A stretch of 64,000 nucleotides of DNA from Polyangiales bacterium (GCA_044229975.1 JBGARZ010000004.1:505453-569452); one strand, 5' to 3'; shown: positions 45,792 to 55,900, counted from the first letter of the stretch. Numbers and translations: made by a program. The notes: generated from the letters alone by a model not told the origin.

Positions 45792-47612
45792 CTAACGGCC
45801 GGCATCACCAGCGGTAGCGCTGGTGTTGTCCGACTGCACGCACTCGATGAAGGCCTGGGCGCCGTTGGGCACCGAGTCGTTGCCGGTGAACGAGATGCGC
45901 TGGCGGCAGCTCAGGTTCGCCGGGTCTTCGGTGGTGTCGTAGAAGAAGCCGTGGGCGTCCGCCGGGGCGGTCATGCCGGGCTGTACCGCGACCTGGTTGA
46001 CGAAGCAGACGGCGCGGCCGTTGGAGGTGGCGGCGGCGCCCGTGGCGCGACGGCGGCCGTGCGCGGCGGTGCACCACTCGGCGGCGTTGATGGTGGCCGG
46101 GAGCTCCTCACGCACGTCGCAGCGCACGCTGACCGAGCCCGGCCGACCGCAGAGCGGGCCGGTGGTGCAGCCCGGCGTCGGGGTGGCGCCGCAGCAGGTG
46201 GTGTTGGCGTCGGTGGCGAGCACGCGCGGCAGGCAGCGGCCCGAGAGGCGCTGCTGGATGCGCTGCACGATCTGCTCGAGCGCCTGGGTGTAGTCGTTGC
46301 GGCAGATCGAGCTGACCGAGCCGTTCTGGTACGAGGTCTGGAAGCGGCGCGCGATCTCGACGATGCGGCGCGACGGCAGCGCGAAGTACTGCTGATCGGT
46401 GCTGCACGGCGGGCGCATCGGGTCGTACGAGCTGCCCTCGCGGCGGCAGGCGGGCACCACGCGCGTCGAGCACGCCGGGTCCATGTTGCGCTGCTGCATG
46501 GAGACGGGGCCCTCGGTCGACATCGCGGTGTAGCCCTGCGAACCGTCGGCCGCGGCGCCGAGGAGGGCGGCGAAGTCGACGTCACCCGACGCGGTGGTCG
46601 GCGGCTGGATGGGCACGCCGGCGATGGCGGCGAAGATCACGTTCTCGGGGCGGTTGGGCTTGAGCGAGGTGAAGCCGCGGTTGGGGCGCGTCGGGTCCAT
46701 GTACCGATCGAGCGGCCACGTCGGGTCTTGCGCCGAGCCGGGCGTGTACATGTAGAAGCGGAGGTTGAGGTCGGTGCTCGCCCACGCGGCGCTGGTGCTA
46801 TCGAAGACACCAATGCCATCAGTGCACGGGACGCCGTTTTCGGCGTAGCGGCAGTCGCGCACCGAGCCGTCTTCCTCGTCCGACACCATCACGATGGCGA
46901 GCACCGCGTTGGGGCGAACGAAGCCCGCGTTGGGGTCGGTGTTGCCGGCCTGCTCGCGCGGGTTGTGGACGACGAGCGCGCGGTACGCCGACTCGAGCTG
47001 CTGCTCCAGACCGCAGCCGCCGATGGAGAGGTACGCGTTGCAGACGAAGTCGTCGCGAAACTCCGCGGCGTTGGTGGTCGCGGCGTCGAAGGTGAGGAAG
47101 CTCGGGTACTGCGTCGGAACCATCATGCAGCGGTCGGGGCGGGTGCCCGCGGGCGCCGTGGTCCACGGCTGGTGCGAGCGGATCGCCTGGCCGTTGCGGA
47201 TGGGATTGAGCAGGCCGTCGTCGCCCACGTCGCTGTTGGCGCACGAGGGGACGGTGCTGCCCGGAGTGCCCAGGTCGGACGAGATGACGCCCACGTGGAG
47301 GCTCTTCACCGGGGGGTAGTCCGCGGTGCCGTCCATGTTGCGATCGGGCGGGGCGACGAGCTGGTTGATGAGGATCGAGAAGTTACGCGCCAGGTTGGCC
47401 TGGTTGGCCGCCATGGAGTTGGAGTTGTCGATCTCGAACAGGATGTCGACCGAGTCGACCGCGTTGTTCTGGATCTCGAGGTTGACGCCCGACTGGAGGC
47501 GCGTGTCGGGCGCGGCCACCGGGCGATCGAGACAACCCTGGGCAACGAGACCCAGCACCGCGAGGCCCACGCCTCGCCGCATCGCACCGCGAACACGATT
47601 GGATTGGGACAT
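45792..47612 (-). CDS. Myxobacterial Cys-rich VWA (MIDAS) lipoprotein
   Basis: Lipobox AQGC, 'VDILFEIDNSNSM', 'GCGLEQQLE', 'VSDEED'. ATG at 47612. Confidence 0.8.
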   Translation of the reverse strand: MSQSNRVRGAMRRGVGLAVLGLVAQGCLDRPVAAPDTRLQSGVNLEIQNNAVDSVDILFEIDNSNSMAANQANLARNFSILINQLVAPPDRNMDGTADYPPVKSLHVGVISSDLGTPGSTVPSCANSDVGDDGLLNPIRNGQAIRSHQPWTTAPAGTRPDRCMMVPTQYPSFLTFDAATTNAAEFRDDFVCNAYLSIGGCGLEQQLESAYRALVVHNPREQAGNTDPNAGFVRPNAVLAIVMVSDEEDGSVRDCRYAENGVPCTDGIGVFDSTSAAWASTDLNLRFYMYTPGSAQDPTWPLDRYMDPTRPNRGFTSLKPNRPENVIFAAIAGVPIQPPTTASGDVDFAALLGAAADGSQGYTAMSTEGPVSMQQRNMDPACSTRVVPACRREGSSYDPMRPPCSTDQQYFALPSRRIVEIARRFQTSYQNGSVSSICRNDYTQALEQIVQRIQQRLSGRCLPRVLATDANTTCCGATPTPGCTTGPLCGRPGSVSVRCDVREELPATINAAEWCTAAHGRRRATGAAATSNGRAVCFVNQVAVQPGMTAPADAHGFFYDTTEDPANLSCRQRISFTGNDSVPNGAQAFIECVQSDNTSATAGDAGR

Positions 47613-47902
47613 GGAACGCACTGCTCCTTGAGCGAGAAACGAGAGACTCCCTGCGCAGCGCCGGACCATACAGACAGCCGCGCGTGACAGCAATCCCGGA
47701 GAGTTCATCGTCTCGGAGATTGAGCAACACCGGGGCCATGACCGCGACAGCGGGGCCCCACGCGGACTATGCTGGCCGGAGTGGCAACCACGGTTGGCGT
47801 CGTGTGTCTGAATTGTCGCCCAGGGCGACGGCGGCAGCGAACTTGCGGGGTCGCCCCCATATGCTGAACCCTACGCGCGATGGCGATCGAAGCGGGCGAG
47901 CG

Positions 47903-49264
47903 ATGACGAGGGTTTTGCTGGTCGATGACGAGGAGAGCCTGCGGCTCGCGTTGAAGACGCACCTCCGCAAGCAGGGCCACGAGGTCAACGCGGTGGGCGG
48001 CGCCGACGAGGCCGTCGCGGCGATGGAGAAGGACCCCGCGGAGTACGTCGTCACGGACGTGCGCATGCCGGGCGGCCGCTCGGGGCTCGAGCTGTTGATG
48101 GAGCTGCGCCGCCGCTGGCCCGCGACTGCTGTGCTGGTGATGAGCGCGTACGGCTCCAACGAAGACGCGCTGGCGGCCATCAAGGCGGGCGCGCAGGACT
48201 ACCTGACCAAGCCCTTCGCGCCGAGCGACCTGGCGTTCATGTTGCGGAAGGCGCAGGAGCGCGAGGCCCTGCGGCGGGAGAACCGCGAGCTGCGGGCCGC
48301 CGTCGCGCGCGACCACAAGTTTGACCAGCTCGTGGCGCGCAGCGAGCCGATGAAGGCGATGTTCGCGACCATCGCGCGCGTGGCGACCTTCAAGACCACG
48401 GTGCTCATCAACGGCGAGACGGGCGTCGGCAAGGAGCTCGTCGCGCGCTCGCTGCACTCACGCTCGCCGCGGGCGGCCAAGCCCTTCATCGCGGTGAACT
48501 GCGGCAACTTCCACGAAAACCTCATCGAGAGCGAGCTCTTCGGGCACAAGAAGGGGTCGTTCACCGACGCCAACTCCGACAAGCGCGGGCTCTTCGAAGA
48601 GGCCGACGGCGGAACCCTCTTCCTCGACGAGATCGGTGACCTCCCGCTCGGCCTCCAGGTGAAGCTGCTCCGCACGTTGCAGGAGGGCACCATCCGCCGC
48701 GTCGGCGAAAACAGCGACCGCAAGATCGACGTGCGCGTCGTGGCCGCCTCGCTGCGCGACCTCACGAAAGAGGCGAAGGCCAACCGCTTCCGCGAAGACC
48801 TTCTGTTCCGTCTCAACGTGCTGACGCTGGTCATCCCGCCGCTGCGGGCGCGCAAGGAGGACATCCCCCTGCTCGTCGACCACTTCGTCGGCCGCTTCAA
48901 CGAGCGCCTCGGCACCGAGATCACGGGTGTCGACCCGCAGGCGATGCGCTTGCTGTGCGACTACCCGTGGCCCGGCAACGTGCGCGAGCTGGAGCACGCG
49001 ATGGAGCGCGCGATGGTTCTCTGCGAAGGCACGGCGCTACAGCCGCACGACTTCGAGGGGAAGATCCGCGAGCCCTCGGACCCCATCGCCGCCGAGCTGG
49101 AGAAGGGCAACTACTCCATCAAGAAGACGACGCGCACCATCGAGGAGATCTTGATCCGGCGCGCGCTGGAGAAGACCAAGGGCAACCGCACCCGCGCGGC
49201 CGAGCTCCTCGAAATCTCGCACCGCGCGCTGCTCTACAAGATCAAGGAATTCGGCATCACGTGA
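47903..49264 (+). CDS. Sigma54-dependent response regulator (NtrC/AtoC family)
   Basis: REC (LVDDE, DVRMP, KPF), AAA GETGVGKE, GSFTDA, LDEIG, WPGNVREL, Fis HTH. Confidence 0.95.
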   Translation: MTRVLLVDDEESLRLALKTHLRKQGHEVNAVGGADEAVAAMEKDPAEYVVTDVRMPGGRSGLELLMELRRRWPATAVLVMSAYGSNEDALAAIKAGAQDYLTKPFAPSDLAFMLRKAQEREALRRENRELRAAVARDHKFDQLVARSEPMKAMFATIARVATFKTTVLINGETGVGKELVARSLHSRSPRAAKPFIAVNCGNFHENLIESELFGHKKGSFTDANSDKRGLFEEADGGTLFLDEIGDLPLGLQVKLLRTLQEGTIRRVGENSDRKIDVRVVAASLRDLTKEAKANRFREDLLFRLNVLTLVIPPLRARKEDIPLLVDHFVGRFNERLGTEITGVDPQAMRLLCDYPWPGNVRELEHAMERAMVLCEGTALQPHDFEGKIREPSDPIAAELEKGNYSIKKTTRTIEEILIRRALEKTKGNRTRAAELLEISHRALLYKIKEFGIT

Positions 49265-49757
49265 AGGTGATCATGGTCGCGTTGGCCTCCACGGTGGCCC
49301 CGACCTGAACCATCACCTTCGCGACGACGCCCGCGCCCTTGGCCTTGACCTCGTTTTCCATCTTCATGGCCTCGACGATGACCACGGGCTGACCCGCCTC
49401 GACGGAGTCCCCCTCGGCCACGAAGACCTTGATGACCCGCCCCGGCATCGGCGCCTTCACGTCGCGGCTCTTGGCCGTCGCCCCACCCCCCGCGCGCCCG
49501 GCGACGCGGTTGCGCTCGCTCTCGACGTTGACGTAGGTGCGCGTTCCTGAGGCCACCACGCCGAGCTGCGGCGGTGAGCCCTCGATGGTCAGGTCGAGCA
49601 CCTTGGGGCCCACGCGCACCGAGAGTTCGCGATCCGCGAGTGCCACCACGTCGAGCTCGACGGGCCTACCCCCAACGCTCGCCTGCACCGACCCGTTGGG
49701 CAGCGTGGTGAGGTCCACCTCGTGCTCGCGGCCGCCTACCTGAACGAAATATCGCAT
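49257..49757 (-). CDS. Biotin carboxyl carrier protein
   Basis: 'KAPMPG...VEAMKMENE'. Confidence 0.92.
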   Translation of the reverse strand: MRYFVQVGGREHEVDLTTLPNGSVQASVGGRPVELDVVALADRELSVRVGPKVLDLTIEGSPPQLGVVASGTRTYVNVESERNRVAGRAGGGATAKSRDVKAPMPGRVIKVFVAEGDSVEAGQPVVIVEAMKMENEVKAKGAGVVAKVMVQVGATVEANATMITFT

Positions 49758-49855
49758 CGCTTCGCCGCGGACCCTACGCCATCCCGCGCGCGGCCATCAA
49801 CGCCCCTCGGCGACGCCTCGCGTGCTCGCTACGGCCGTGGCACGATCGCTCCCCG

Positions 49856-50617
49856 ATGCCCAAGCCGCCCCGAGTTCGCGAGACGCCCCCTGCGCTGCGT
49901 CCGCTCGTCGGGTACTTCGAGCGGCGGGTCGACCCGCTCACCAACGTCTTCCTGGTGCTGCCGCTCTTCGCCATCTACCACCTCGGCGTGCTCACCCAGA
50001 TGCGCCGCAGCGCGCACGGGTTTACCTGGGTGGGTAACGGGATGGACTTCCTCACCAGCACGGTGCTCGCGCTGGTGCACAACGACGTCACCGCGTACGC
50101 GGCCATCGCCACCGGCGTCACCATCCTCCTCGCGCTGCTCATCCTGCGGGCGCGCCGGCAGTCGAGCCTGCACCCGAAGCTCTTCATCCCGGTGGTGCTG
50201 GAGAGCGCCCTCTACGCGATGGTCGTCGCGTCGGTCATCGGATCCGTCGTCCGCACCTTCGGCCTCGGCGTGCTCGACCAGGAGGGGTTGCCCTCGCAGA
50301 TCATCGCGTCGTGCGGCGCGGGCCTGCACGAAGAGCTCGCCTTCCGCATGGGCATCTTCGGCGGCCTCGGCTACCTGCTCACGCGGCGCATGACGCCGTG
50401 GAAGGGCTGGGCCATCGCCCTCGTGGTGTCGTCGGTGCTCTTCTCCGCAGTGCACTACCTGCCGCCGCTGGGAGACGCGTTCAGCCTGTCGAGCTTCGTG
50501 TTTCGGCTGCTGTGCGGGGTGGCCTTCGCGCTCATCTACCGCCTGCGCGGCTTTGCCATCGCGGCGTGGACGCACGCCCTCTACGACGTCTTCTACTTCC
50601 TGCTACGCCACGCCTGA
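49856..50617 (+). CDS. CPBP (Abi/CAAX) intramembrane glutamic protease
   Basis: 'EELAFR', 'FSAVH', 'H..Y' motifs and TMs. Confidence 0.88.
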   Translation: MPKPPRVRETPPALRPLVGYFERRVDPLTNVFLVLPLFAIYHLGVLTQMRRSAHGFTWVGNGMDFLTSTVLALVHNDVTAYAAIATGVTILLALLILRARRQSSLHPKLFIPVVLESALYAMVVASVIGSVVRTFGLGVLDQEGLPSQIIASCGAGLHEELAFRMGIFGGLGYLLTRRMTPWKGWAIALVVSSVLFSAVHYLPPLGDAFSLSSFVFRLLCGVAFALIYRLRGFAIAAWTHALYDVFYFLLRHA

Positions 50618-51205
50618 GAAGTCGTCGTCCTCCGCGATCGGCGCGGTGAACGCCGCGAGGTAGCAGGCGCGGCAGCGTGCCTCGTAGCTGTCGGCGGCCC
50701 CGACCTGAACGCGATCACCACCACCCTGGAGCCGATACGAGCGGCTCGCGAGGGCGCCGCACTGCGAGCACACGGCGAGGCACTTGGTGATCTGCTCGGC
50801 GATGGCAAGGAGCTGCGGGATCGGCTCAAACGGCCGTCCGAGGTAGTCCTGATCGAGGCCCGCGATGACGACGCGAATGCCGCGATCGGCCATGGCCTGC
50901 ACCGCCGCGACGAGCGACGGCCCGAAGAACTGCGCCTCGTCGATGCCGACGACCTGGGTGTCGGCCGAGAGCGCCGCGACGAGGGCTTCCACATCGGGGA
51001 GCGCCTGCGCGTCGAGCGACTGCGCGCTGTGACTGGTGATGCGGGTGTCGTGGTAGCGCGTGTCGATGGCGGGCTTGAACACCTGCACACGCTGCTTGGC
51101 GATGGCGGCGCGGCGTAGCCGACGGATGAGCTCCTCGCTCTTGCCGCTGAACATCGGACCACAGATGACTTCGATCCAGCCGGCGTCGCGCCGCGGGTGA
51201 TCCAT
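50603..51205 (-). CDS. tdk: Thymidine kinase
   Basis: GPMFSGKS, IDEAQF, GLDQD, zinc CxxC...CxxC, YEARCR. Confidence 0.95.
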   Translation of the reverse strand: MDHPRRDAGWIEVICGPMFSGKSEELIRRLRRAAIAKQRVQVFKPAIDTRYHDTRITSHSAQSLDAQALPDVEALVAALSADTQVVGIDEAQFFGPSLVAAVQAMADRGIRVVIAGLDQDYLGRPFEPIPQLLAIAEQITKCLAVCSQCGALASRSYRLQGGGDRVQVGAADSYEARCRACYLAAFTAPIAEDDDFSGVA

Positions 51206-51325
51206 AGGCGAGCATCGTCGCCGGTCGTGTCGACGCATCGCCAGAAACCGGCGGCTGCCAGGACGCCGCGCCCCACCCCGCCTGCCCCTTCACCCCGCCC
51301 GTGAAAAGGTACTAGCGTCACGGCG

Positions 51326-52351
51326 ATGTTCTGTTCTTCGTGTGGTGGGTCCAACCCAGATGCCTCGCGGTTCTGCAACCAGTGCGGCGGCGCGCTGACC
51401 CCTGCTGGTGGTGCCAGCACGGGCCAGGGTGACGCTCCTCCGCGACGCCTCCCGACCGACCAGGGCACCGGTGATCGCATCGAGCTGCCCCTGCACGGCC
51501 CGTCGCGCCGGACGGTGATGACCATGCTCATCGGCGTGGGCCTCGGCGGCCTCGGTCTCGGCGCACTCGTCGCGTGGAAGACCCTTGGTCAGAGCTCCAC
51601 CGCGCCTCCGCTCACCCCCGTCGGTCTCTTCGGCGAGCCCACCACCGTGGCCAACGCCGAGCCCGATGGTGGCGTCGCACCGCCCGAGACGACACCCACC
51701 ACCGCGCGTCCGACCACCGCGCGTCCGACCACGCCCAGCACCGCGCGTCCGACCACGCCCAGCACCGCGCATCCGGCCACGCCCAGCACCGCGCCCACCA
51801 CCGTCGCGAGCAACGACCCTGCGCCCACCACCCCGACGACGCCCGCGGCCGACCCTCCGACGCCAACAACGCCCGCGGCTGACCCGACGCCGACGACACC
51901 CGCCGCCGACCCGACGCCCACCGCTCCGTCGACCACCGGCGACGCGTCCGTCGCGACGGCTCCGCCCACCCCCGACCCTGGCGGCGTCCGCGAGCGCGTA
52001 CCCGGAACCTCCACCGGCGGCGTCCACCTCGGCGACGAGACCGACGCCACGGGCCACATGGAGGATCCCGGGGCCTTCCGCTTCGTCTACAACCACTACC
52101 GTTCGCAGATCGCGAGCTGCCACTCCAACGCTTCGCGCAACGAAACCCTCTCGGGCGTCATCGTGCTGCGCGTCCGCATCGGCGACGACGGCCACGTCCG
52201 CAGCAGCCGGGTGATCTCCGACTCCGTCCGCAACGCGCAGCTCACCCAGTGCGTGCAGACCAGCGTCCGGAGCTGGCGCTACCCGCGGCCCGTCGGCGGC
52301 GACGTCGAGGTCGACTACCCGATGCGCTTCGGCAGCGGCTCGTCAGGCTGA
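51326..52351 (+). CDS. Zinc-ribbon / TM / Pro-Thr linker / AgmX-TonB-C-like domain protein
   Basis: 'CSSCG...FCNQCG', TM, PT-rich linker, 'IASC...G.I.LR..IG.DG.V...CV...W.YP.P'. Confidence 0.85.
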   Translation: MFCSSCGGSNPDASRFCNQCGGALTPAGGASTGQGDAPPRRLPTDQGTGDRIELPLHGPSRRTVMTMLIGVGLGGLGLGALVAWKTLGQSSTAPPLTPVGLFGEPTTVANAEPDGGVAPPETTPTTARPTTARPTTPSTARPTTPSTAHPATPSTAPTTVASNDPAPTTPTTPAADPPTPTTPAADPTPTTPAADPTPTAPSTTGDASVATAPPTPDPGGVRERVPGTSTGGVHLGDETDATGHMEDPGAFRFVYNHYRSQIASCHSNASRNETLSGVIVLRVRIGDDGHVRSSRVISDSVRNAQLTQCVQTSVRSWRYPRPVGGDVEVDYPMRFGSGSSG

Positions 52352-53773
52352 CTGCCGCATCGCCTCCGTCAGCCAGGCCCTCATCGCCGCCCGCTCGGCC
52401 GCCGGGTCGCGCGTCGGACCCAACGCCCGCAGCTCATCCCACGCCCCACGCAGCACCGCGCCCGCCCGCGGGTTGCGAAACCAGTCCTCGTCGCAGCGCT
52501 CCCGCAGCCGCTCGCGCGTCGTGACCGCGCACCACAGCCCCGCCACCCGCGCGCCCGATCGCCCCGGCCACGCACCGCCCGGCTCCATCGCTCGCGCCAC
52601 CAGATGAACCGCCCACGCCGACCCCGGCGCGGCCCCCAGCGCCCGCCGCATCTCCGACAGAAACCGCTCCGCCAGCCCCGGCTCGCGCCGCATCGCCGCC
52701 GCCGTGAAGCGCGCCACCGCCGCGTCCCATCGCATCCGCGTGAGCTCCGCGTGCAGCGCCGCCCGCAGCGCCCGCTCCCTCGCCGCGCCCGTCAGCTCCG
52801 CGTCGCGCTGCAAGAACCCCGGCTCCACCAGCAGCCACCGCCCCAGCGCGTGCGCCATCCCATCGAGCGCGCGGTGCTTCCCCCGCTGCTGCCCCGGCGA
52901 CACACCCGCCGCCGTCACGCCCGCCGCGCACACGGTCAGCGCGCCCAGCACCTCGCCTGCGTCCACTCCGACGAGCCGCGGCCGACCCAGCACCATCGCG
53001 CGCCGCCCGGGGTCGGTCACCCACGCCTCGACGCCCTCACCCTGCGTCGCCGCGCGCTGCCGACGGTCCACCATTCCGCGCTGCGCCGACTCCAGGTCCA
53101 CCCGCGCGAGCCAGTCCGTCCCGAGCGCTGCCCAGCGCGCCGGGGCGAGCTCCCGCAGCAGCCCCGGGCTTACCCCCAGGTGTAATCGATCGCTCCACGT
53201 CAGCCGCGCCCGATCGACCTCCGCCTGCTTCGCGGCCCACCCGTCGAGCTCCTCGAACGCGTCGTCGGTCTCCGCCAGCACCGCCGCCGCGTCCTCGTCG
53301 ACCTCGCCCATCCCGAGCGCCCTGGTGAGCCCGTCACCGAGCGCGCCCGTCACCTCGCGCAGCGCGGCCACCACGTCGCGCGCCTCGTCCTTCAGGTCGC
53401 CCGCGGTCTTCTCGCCCGCCTCCCACAGCAGCTCCCGCCGCGCCCGGCTGGTCTCCGCCGCCACCGCGCCCGGCAGCGCCGACCACGTCACCGCGCCGTC
53501 GTCCGCGCGCAGCCTCACCGGCGCCTTCGCCATCGCCGCCCGGTAGCGCGCCCACGGTTGCCGCAGTGCCATCCACACCGCCGCCTCGGCCACCAGCGTC
53601 GCTCTGCCCCCGTCGAGGCCCTCCAGCGCCACCGCCGTCTTCACGAAGGCGTCCGCACCCGGCCAGCGTCGCGGTGGTTGCGCGAGGTTCTCCTGCACGC
53701 TCCAGCGCGCGTCTGCCACCGCCTCGATCGCGCCCGCGGCGTCGAGCTCGACCGACTCCCACGACCCGCCCAC
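52343..53773 (-). CDS. Peptidase M3-like fold protein, probably inactive
   Basis: Probable GTG at 53773, just after the radical SAM stop. C-terminal 'LRERCDEDWFRNPRAG' recalled from myxobacterial M3-like proteins. No HExxH seen. Confidence 0.5.
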   Translation of the reverse strand: MGGSWESVELDAAGAIEAVADARWSVQENLAQPPRRWPGADAFVKTAVALEGLDGGRATLVAEAAVWMALRQPWARYRAAMAKAPVRLRADDGAVTWSALPGAVAAETSRARRELLWEAGEKTAGDLKDEARDVVAALREVTGALGDGLTRALGMGEVDEDAAAVLAETDDAFEELDGWAAKQAEVDRARLTWSDRLHLGVSPGLLRELAPARWAALGTDWLARVDLESAQRGMVDRRQRAATQGEGVEAWVTDPGRRAMVLGRPRLVGVDAGEVLGALTVCAAGVTAAGVSPGQQRGKHRALDGMAHALGRWLLVEPGFLQRDAELTGAARERALRAALHAELTRMRWDAAVARFTAAAMRREPGLAERFLSEMRRALGAAPGSAWAVHLVARAMEPGGAWPGRSGARVAGLWCAVTTRERLRERCDEDWFRNPRAGAVLRGAWDELRALGPTRDPAAERAAMRAWLTEAMRQSA

Positions 53774-53775
53774 TG

Positions 53776-55281
53776 CTATCTCCCCGCGCCCGCCTCGGCC
53801 CGCAGCACCGACAGCCGCTTGCGCTTCGGAACCACCTCCGCCGCCTCGAAGGCCTTCTGGTAGTCCGCGAAGCGACCGCCCGCCTTCACCGCGTCGTACA
53901 CCGCGCGCCCGGCCTTCTCGCCGCCCTGCGCGAGAACCCACTCGATCCACGCCCAGCGCGCGCTCGTCGGCCGCACCTCGGCGCGGCCCTTCAGTCCCCG
54001 TCGCAGCCGATCGAGCCGGTGCTCGACCACGTCGATGCCCGCGAAGGGCAGGCCATCGAGCGGCGTGTTGCGCTTCGACACGAAGGGCGCAATGCCCAGC
54101 GCGATGGGGATCACCTTGCTCAACCCCGTAATGAACCCGACGCACTCGTCGATGTCCTCGTCGGTCTCCGTCGGCAGGCCCACCATCAGGTAGAGCTTCA
54201 TGGTCATCATGCCGTGGGTGCGGGCGTTTTCCGCGGCCTTCTCCAGGTGGCGGATCTTCGCGTGGCGCTCGAGCATCCCGCGCAGCCGCTCGCTCGGCCC
54301 ATCCATCGCCGTGGTGAGCGTGCGATAGCCGCCGCGCTTGAGCGCCCCTACGAAGCGGTCGCTCAGCCGGTCGGGCCGCAGCGACGACAGACCGACGCCC
54401 ATGCCCCGGTCGACGAGCGCGTCGATGATCTCGACGATGCGCGGGTGGTCGCTCACCGCGGCGCCCACGAGCCCGACCTTCTTCGCGTCGGGCGGAACCC
54501 TCGACAGGATGCGCTCCATCGGCGCGAGCCGCATGCCGCCGTTGGTGCTCTTGCGCATCACGCAGTACTGGCAGCCGCGCGAGCACCCGCGCTCGGTCTC
54601 CACCAGGAACATGTCCGACAGCTCCGTGTCGGGCGTCATGATCTGCGCGTAGGCGGGCAGCTTCGAGTCGTTGTCGGCCGCCGCGATCTTCGCGAGCGCC
54701 TCTCCATGCACCGACGGAACCCACACGTTGGGGTGCTCCGCGAGCCGCTTCAGCCGCAGGGCCGGGTCGCGCTCGGTGGTGAGCACGTCCATGACGTCGT
54801 GGATGACCTCCTCGGCTTCGCCCATGACGACGGCGTCTGCGTAGGCCGCGAGAGGCGTCGGGTTGGAGAAGGTGAGGGGCCCTCCCATCAGCACGAAGGG
54901 GTGTCGCCCTGCTGTGCGGTCGTCGCGCAGCGCGGGGATGCCGCCGTGTTCGAGGGTCTCGATGACCCCGCCGAGCTCGTTTTCATAGGCGACGGAGAGC
55001 GCCACGACGGCGTGGTCGCCGAGCGGTCGCATGGACTCGTAGGTGACGACGGGTTCGCGGTGGCGTCGGGCCTGCTCGAAGTCGTCGGGTGCAAACGCCC
55101 GCTCGGCCACGAGGTCGTCGCGGCCGTTGAGCTCGCGATACATGACCTGGTAACCCAGGGAGGACATCCCGACGCGGTAGGGCGACGGATAGGTCAGGGC
55201 CACCCGGAACGGGGCGTCGCGGTAGAGGGTTCCGCGCTCCTGGGAGAGCCGGTGCTGGATGGTGTCGCGCTGGGAGGGCAA
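53776..55281 (-). CDS. Radical SAM protein with N-terminal B12-binding-like domain
   Basis: 'YPSPYRVGMSSLG', 'GGP...NP', 'GEAE', CSRGCQYC, 'MVGLP.E'. Start uncertain (TTG 55281; ORF extends to 55338). Confidence 0.9.
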   Translation of the reverse strand: MPSQRDTIQHRLSQERGTLYRDAPFRVALTYPSPYRVGMSSLGYQVMYRELNGRDDLVAERAFAPDDFEQARRHREPVVTYESMRPLGDHAVVALSVAYENELGGVIETLEHGGIPALRDDRTAGRHPFVLMGGPLTFSNPTPLAAYADAVVMGEAEEVIHDVMDVLTTERDPALRLKRLAEHPNVWVPSVHGEALAKIAAADNDSKLPAYAQIMTPDTELSDMFLVETERGCSRGCQYCVMRKSTNGGMRLAPMERILSRVPPDAKKVGLVGAAVSDHPRIVEIIDALVDRGMGVGLSSLRPDRLSDRFVGALKRGGYRTLTTAMDGPSERLRGMLERHAKIRHLEKAAENARTHGMMTMKLYLMVGLPTETDEDIDECVGFITGLSKVIPIALGIAPFVSKRNTPLDGLPFAGIDVVEHRLDRLRRGLKGRAEVRPTSARWAWIEWVLAQGGEKAGRAVYDAVKAGGRFADYQKAFEAAEVVPKRKRLSVLRAEAGAGR

Positions 55282-55322
55282 TGCGGTCGGCAGTATCCGG
55301 GCGCAGTCTCCTACCGGCAAGG

Positions 55323-55385
55323 CCGGGGACGGTTTCAACTTTTCAAGTTGTCACACGCGGCCCCGGGGACGGTTTCAGCTTTTCA
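55323..55385. repeat. 23-bp direct repeat x2 (40-bp period)
   Basis: CCGGGGACGGTTTCA(A/G)CTTTTCA at 55323 and 55363. Confidence 0.85.
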
Positions 55386-55421
55386 CCTTCCGCCCGCTCC
55401 CACGCCATCAGTGGCCCGGTC

Positions 55422-55577
55422 TCAGTCCTCTTCGTAGTCCTCGTCCTCGTCGTCGAGGTCGAGGTCTTCGACGGCGGTGGACTCGATCTCGAGCTCGTCC
55501 ATCGACCATCCCACCCGGTTTCCCGGGGCGATCTCGTCACGCGCAAACTCCTCAAACGAACGATAGAACCTCGACAT
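55422..55577 (-). CDS. Small hyper-acidic protein (51 aa; absent from ORF track)
   Basis: Hand translation MSRFYRSFEEFARDEIAPGNRVGWSMDELEIESTAVEDLDLDDEDEDYEED*. GAGGGT RBS 5 nt before the ATG. Confidence 0.7.
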   Translation of the reverse strand: MSRFYRSFEEFARDEIAPGNRVGWSMDELEIESTAVEDLDLDDEDEDYEED

Positions 55578-55900
55578 TGATCACCCTCATCGCTGGACGT
55601 GACGGTCCGACCATCCCTCCCTCAGCCGATCGCTGATCCCCGGGGAGGTCGTTCCGTGGTGTGAAGGTGCAGGTGCTACTCACACCTACATCTGCCCCCA
55701 ATGTATCCCCCGGCCTCCGGGAATCAATTTTGTGGCGCGACTCCGGCGCACGCCGAGGAATCGCGATGGTTTCTTGGAGATGCCCCCGAGTGGGCGCCGT
55801 GCGGGGCGACGACGCTGGACAGGGTCCGTCGGAGGGCGGTAGTGCTCGCGGCCCGTCCGGACGGACATAGCGTCGGCGGCACATTGAGGAGTACGCGGTG

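Noticed and set aside
48553..48572. GSFTDA instead of GAFTGA in the bEBP
   Set aside because: The key F and T are retained and such variants are common, so this is not evidence of sigma54 independence.
51690..51920. Short tandem repeats
   Set aside because: Encode an ordinary Pro/Thr periplasmic linker.
55578..55900. parS or oriC in the parA upstream region
   Set aside because: No parS palindrome or DnaA-box cluster recognised by eye.
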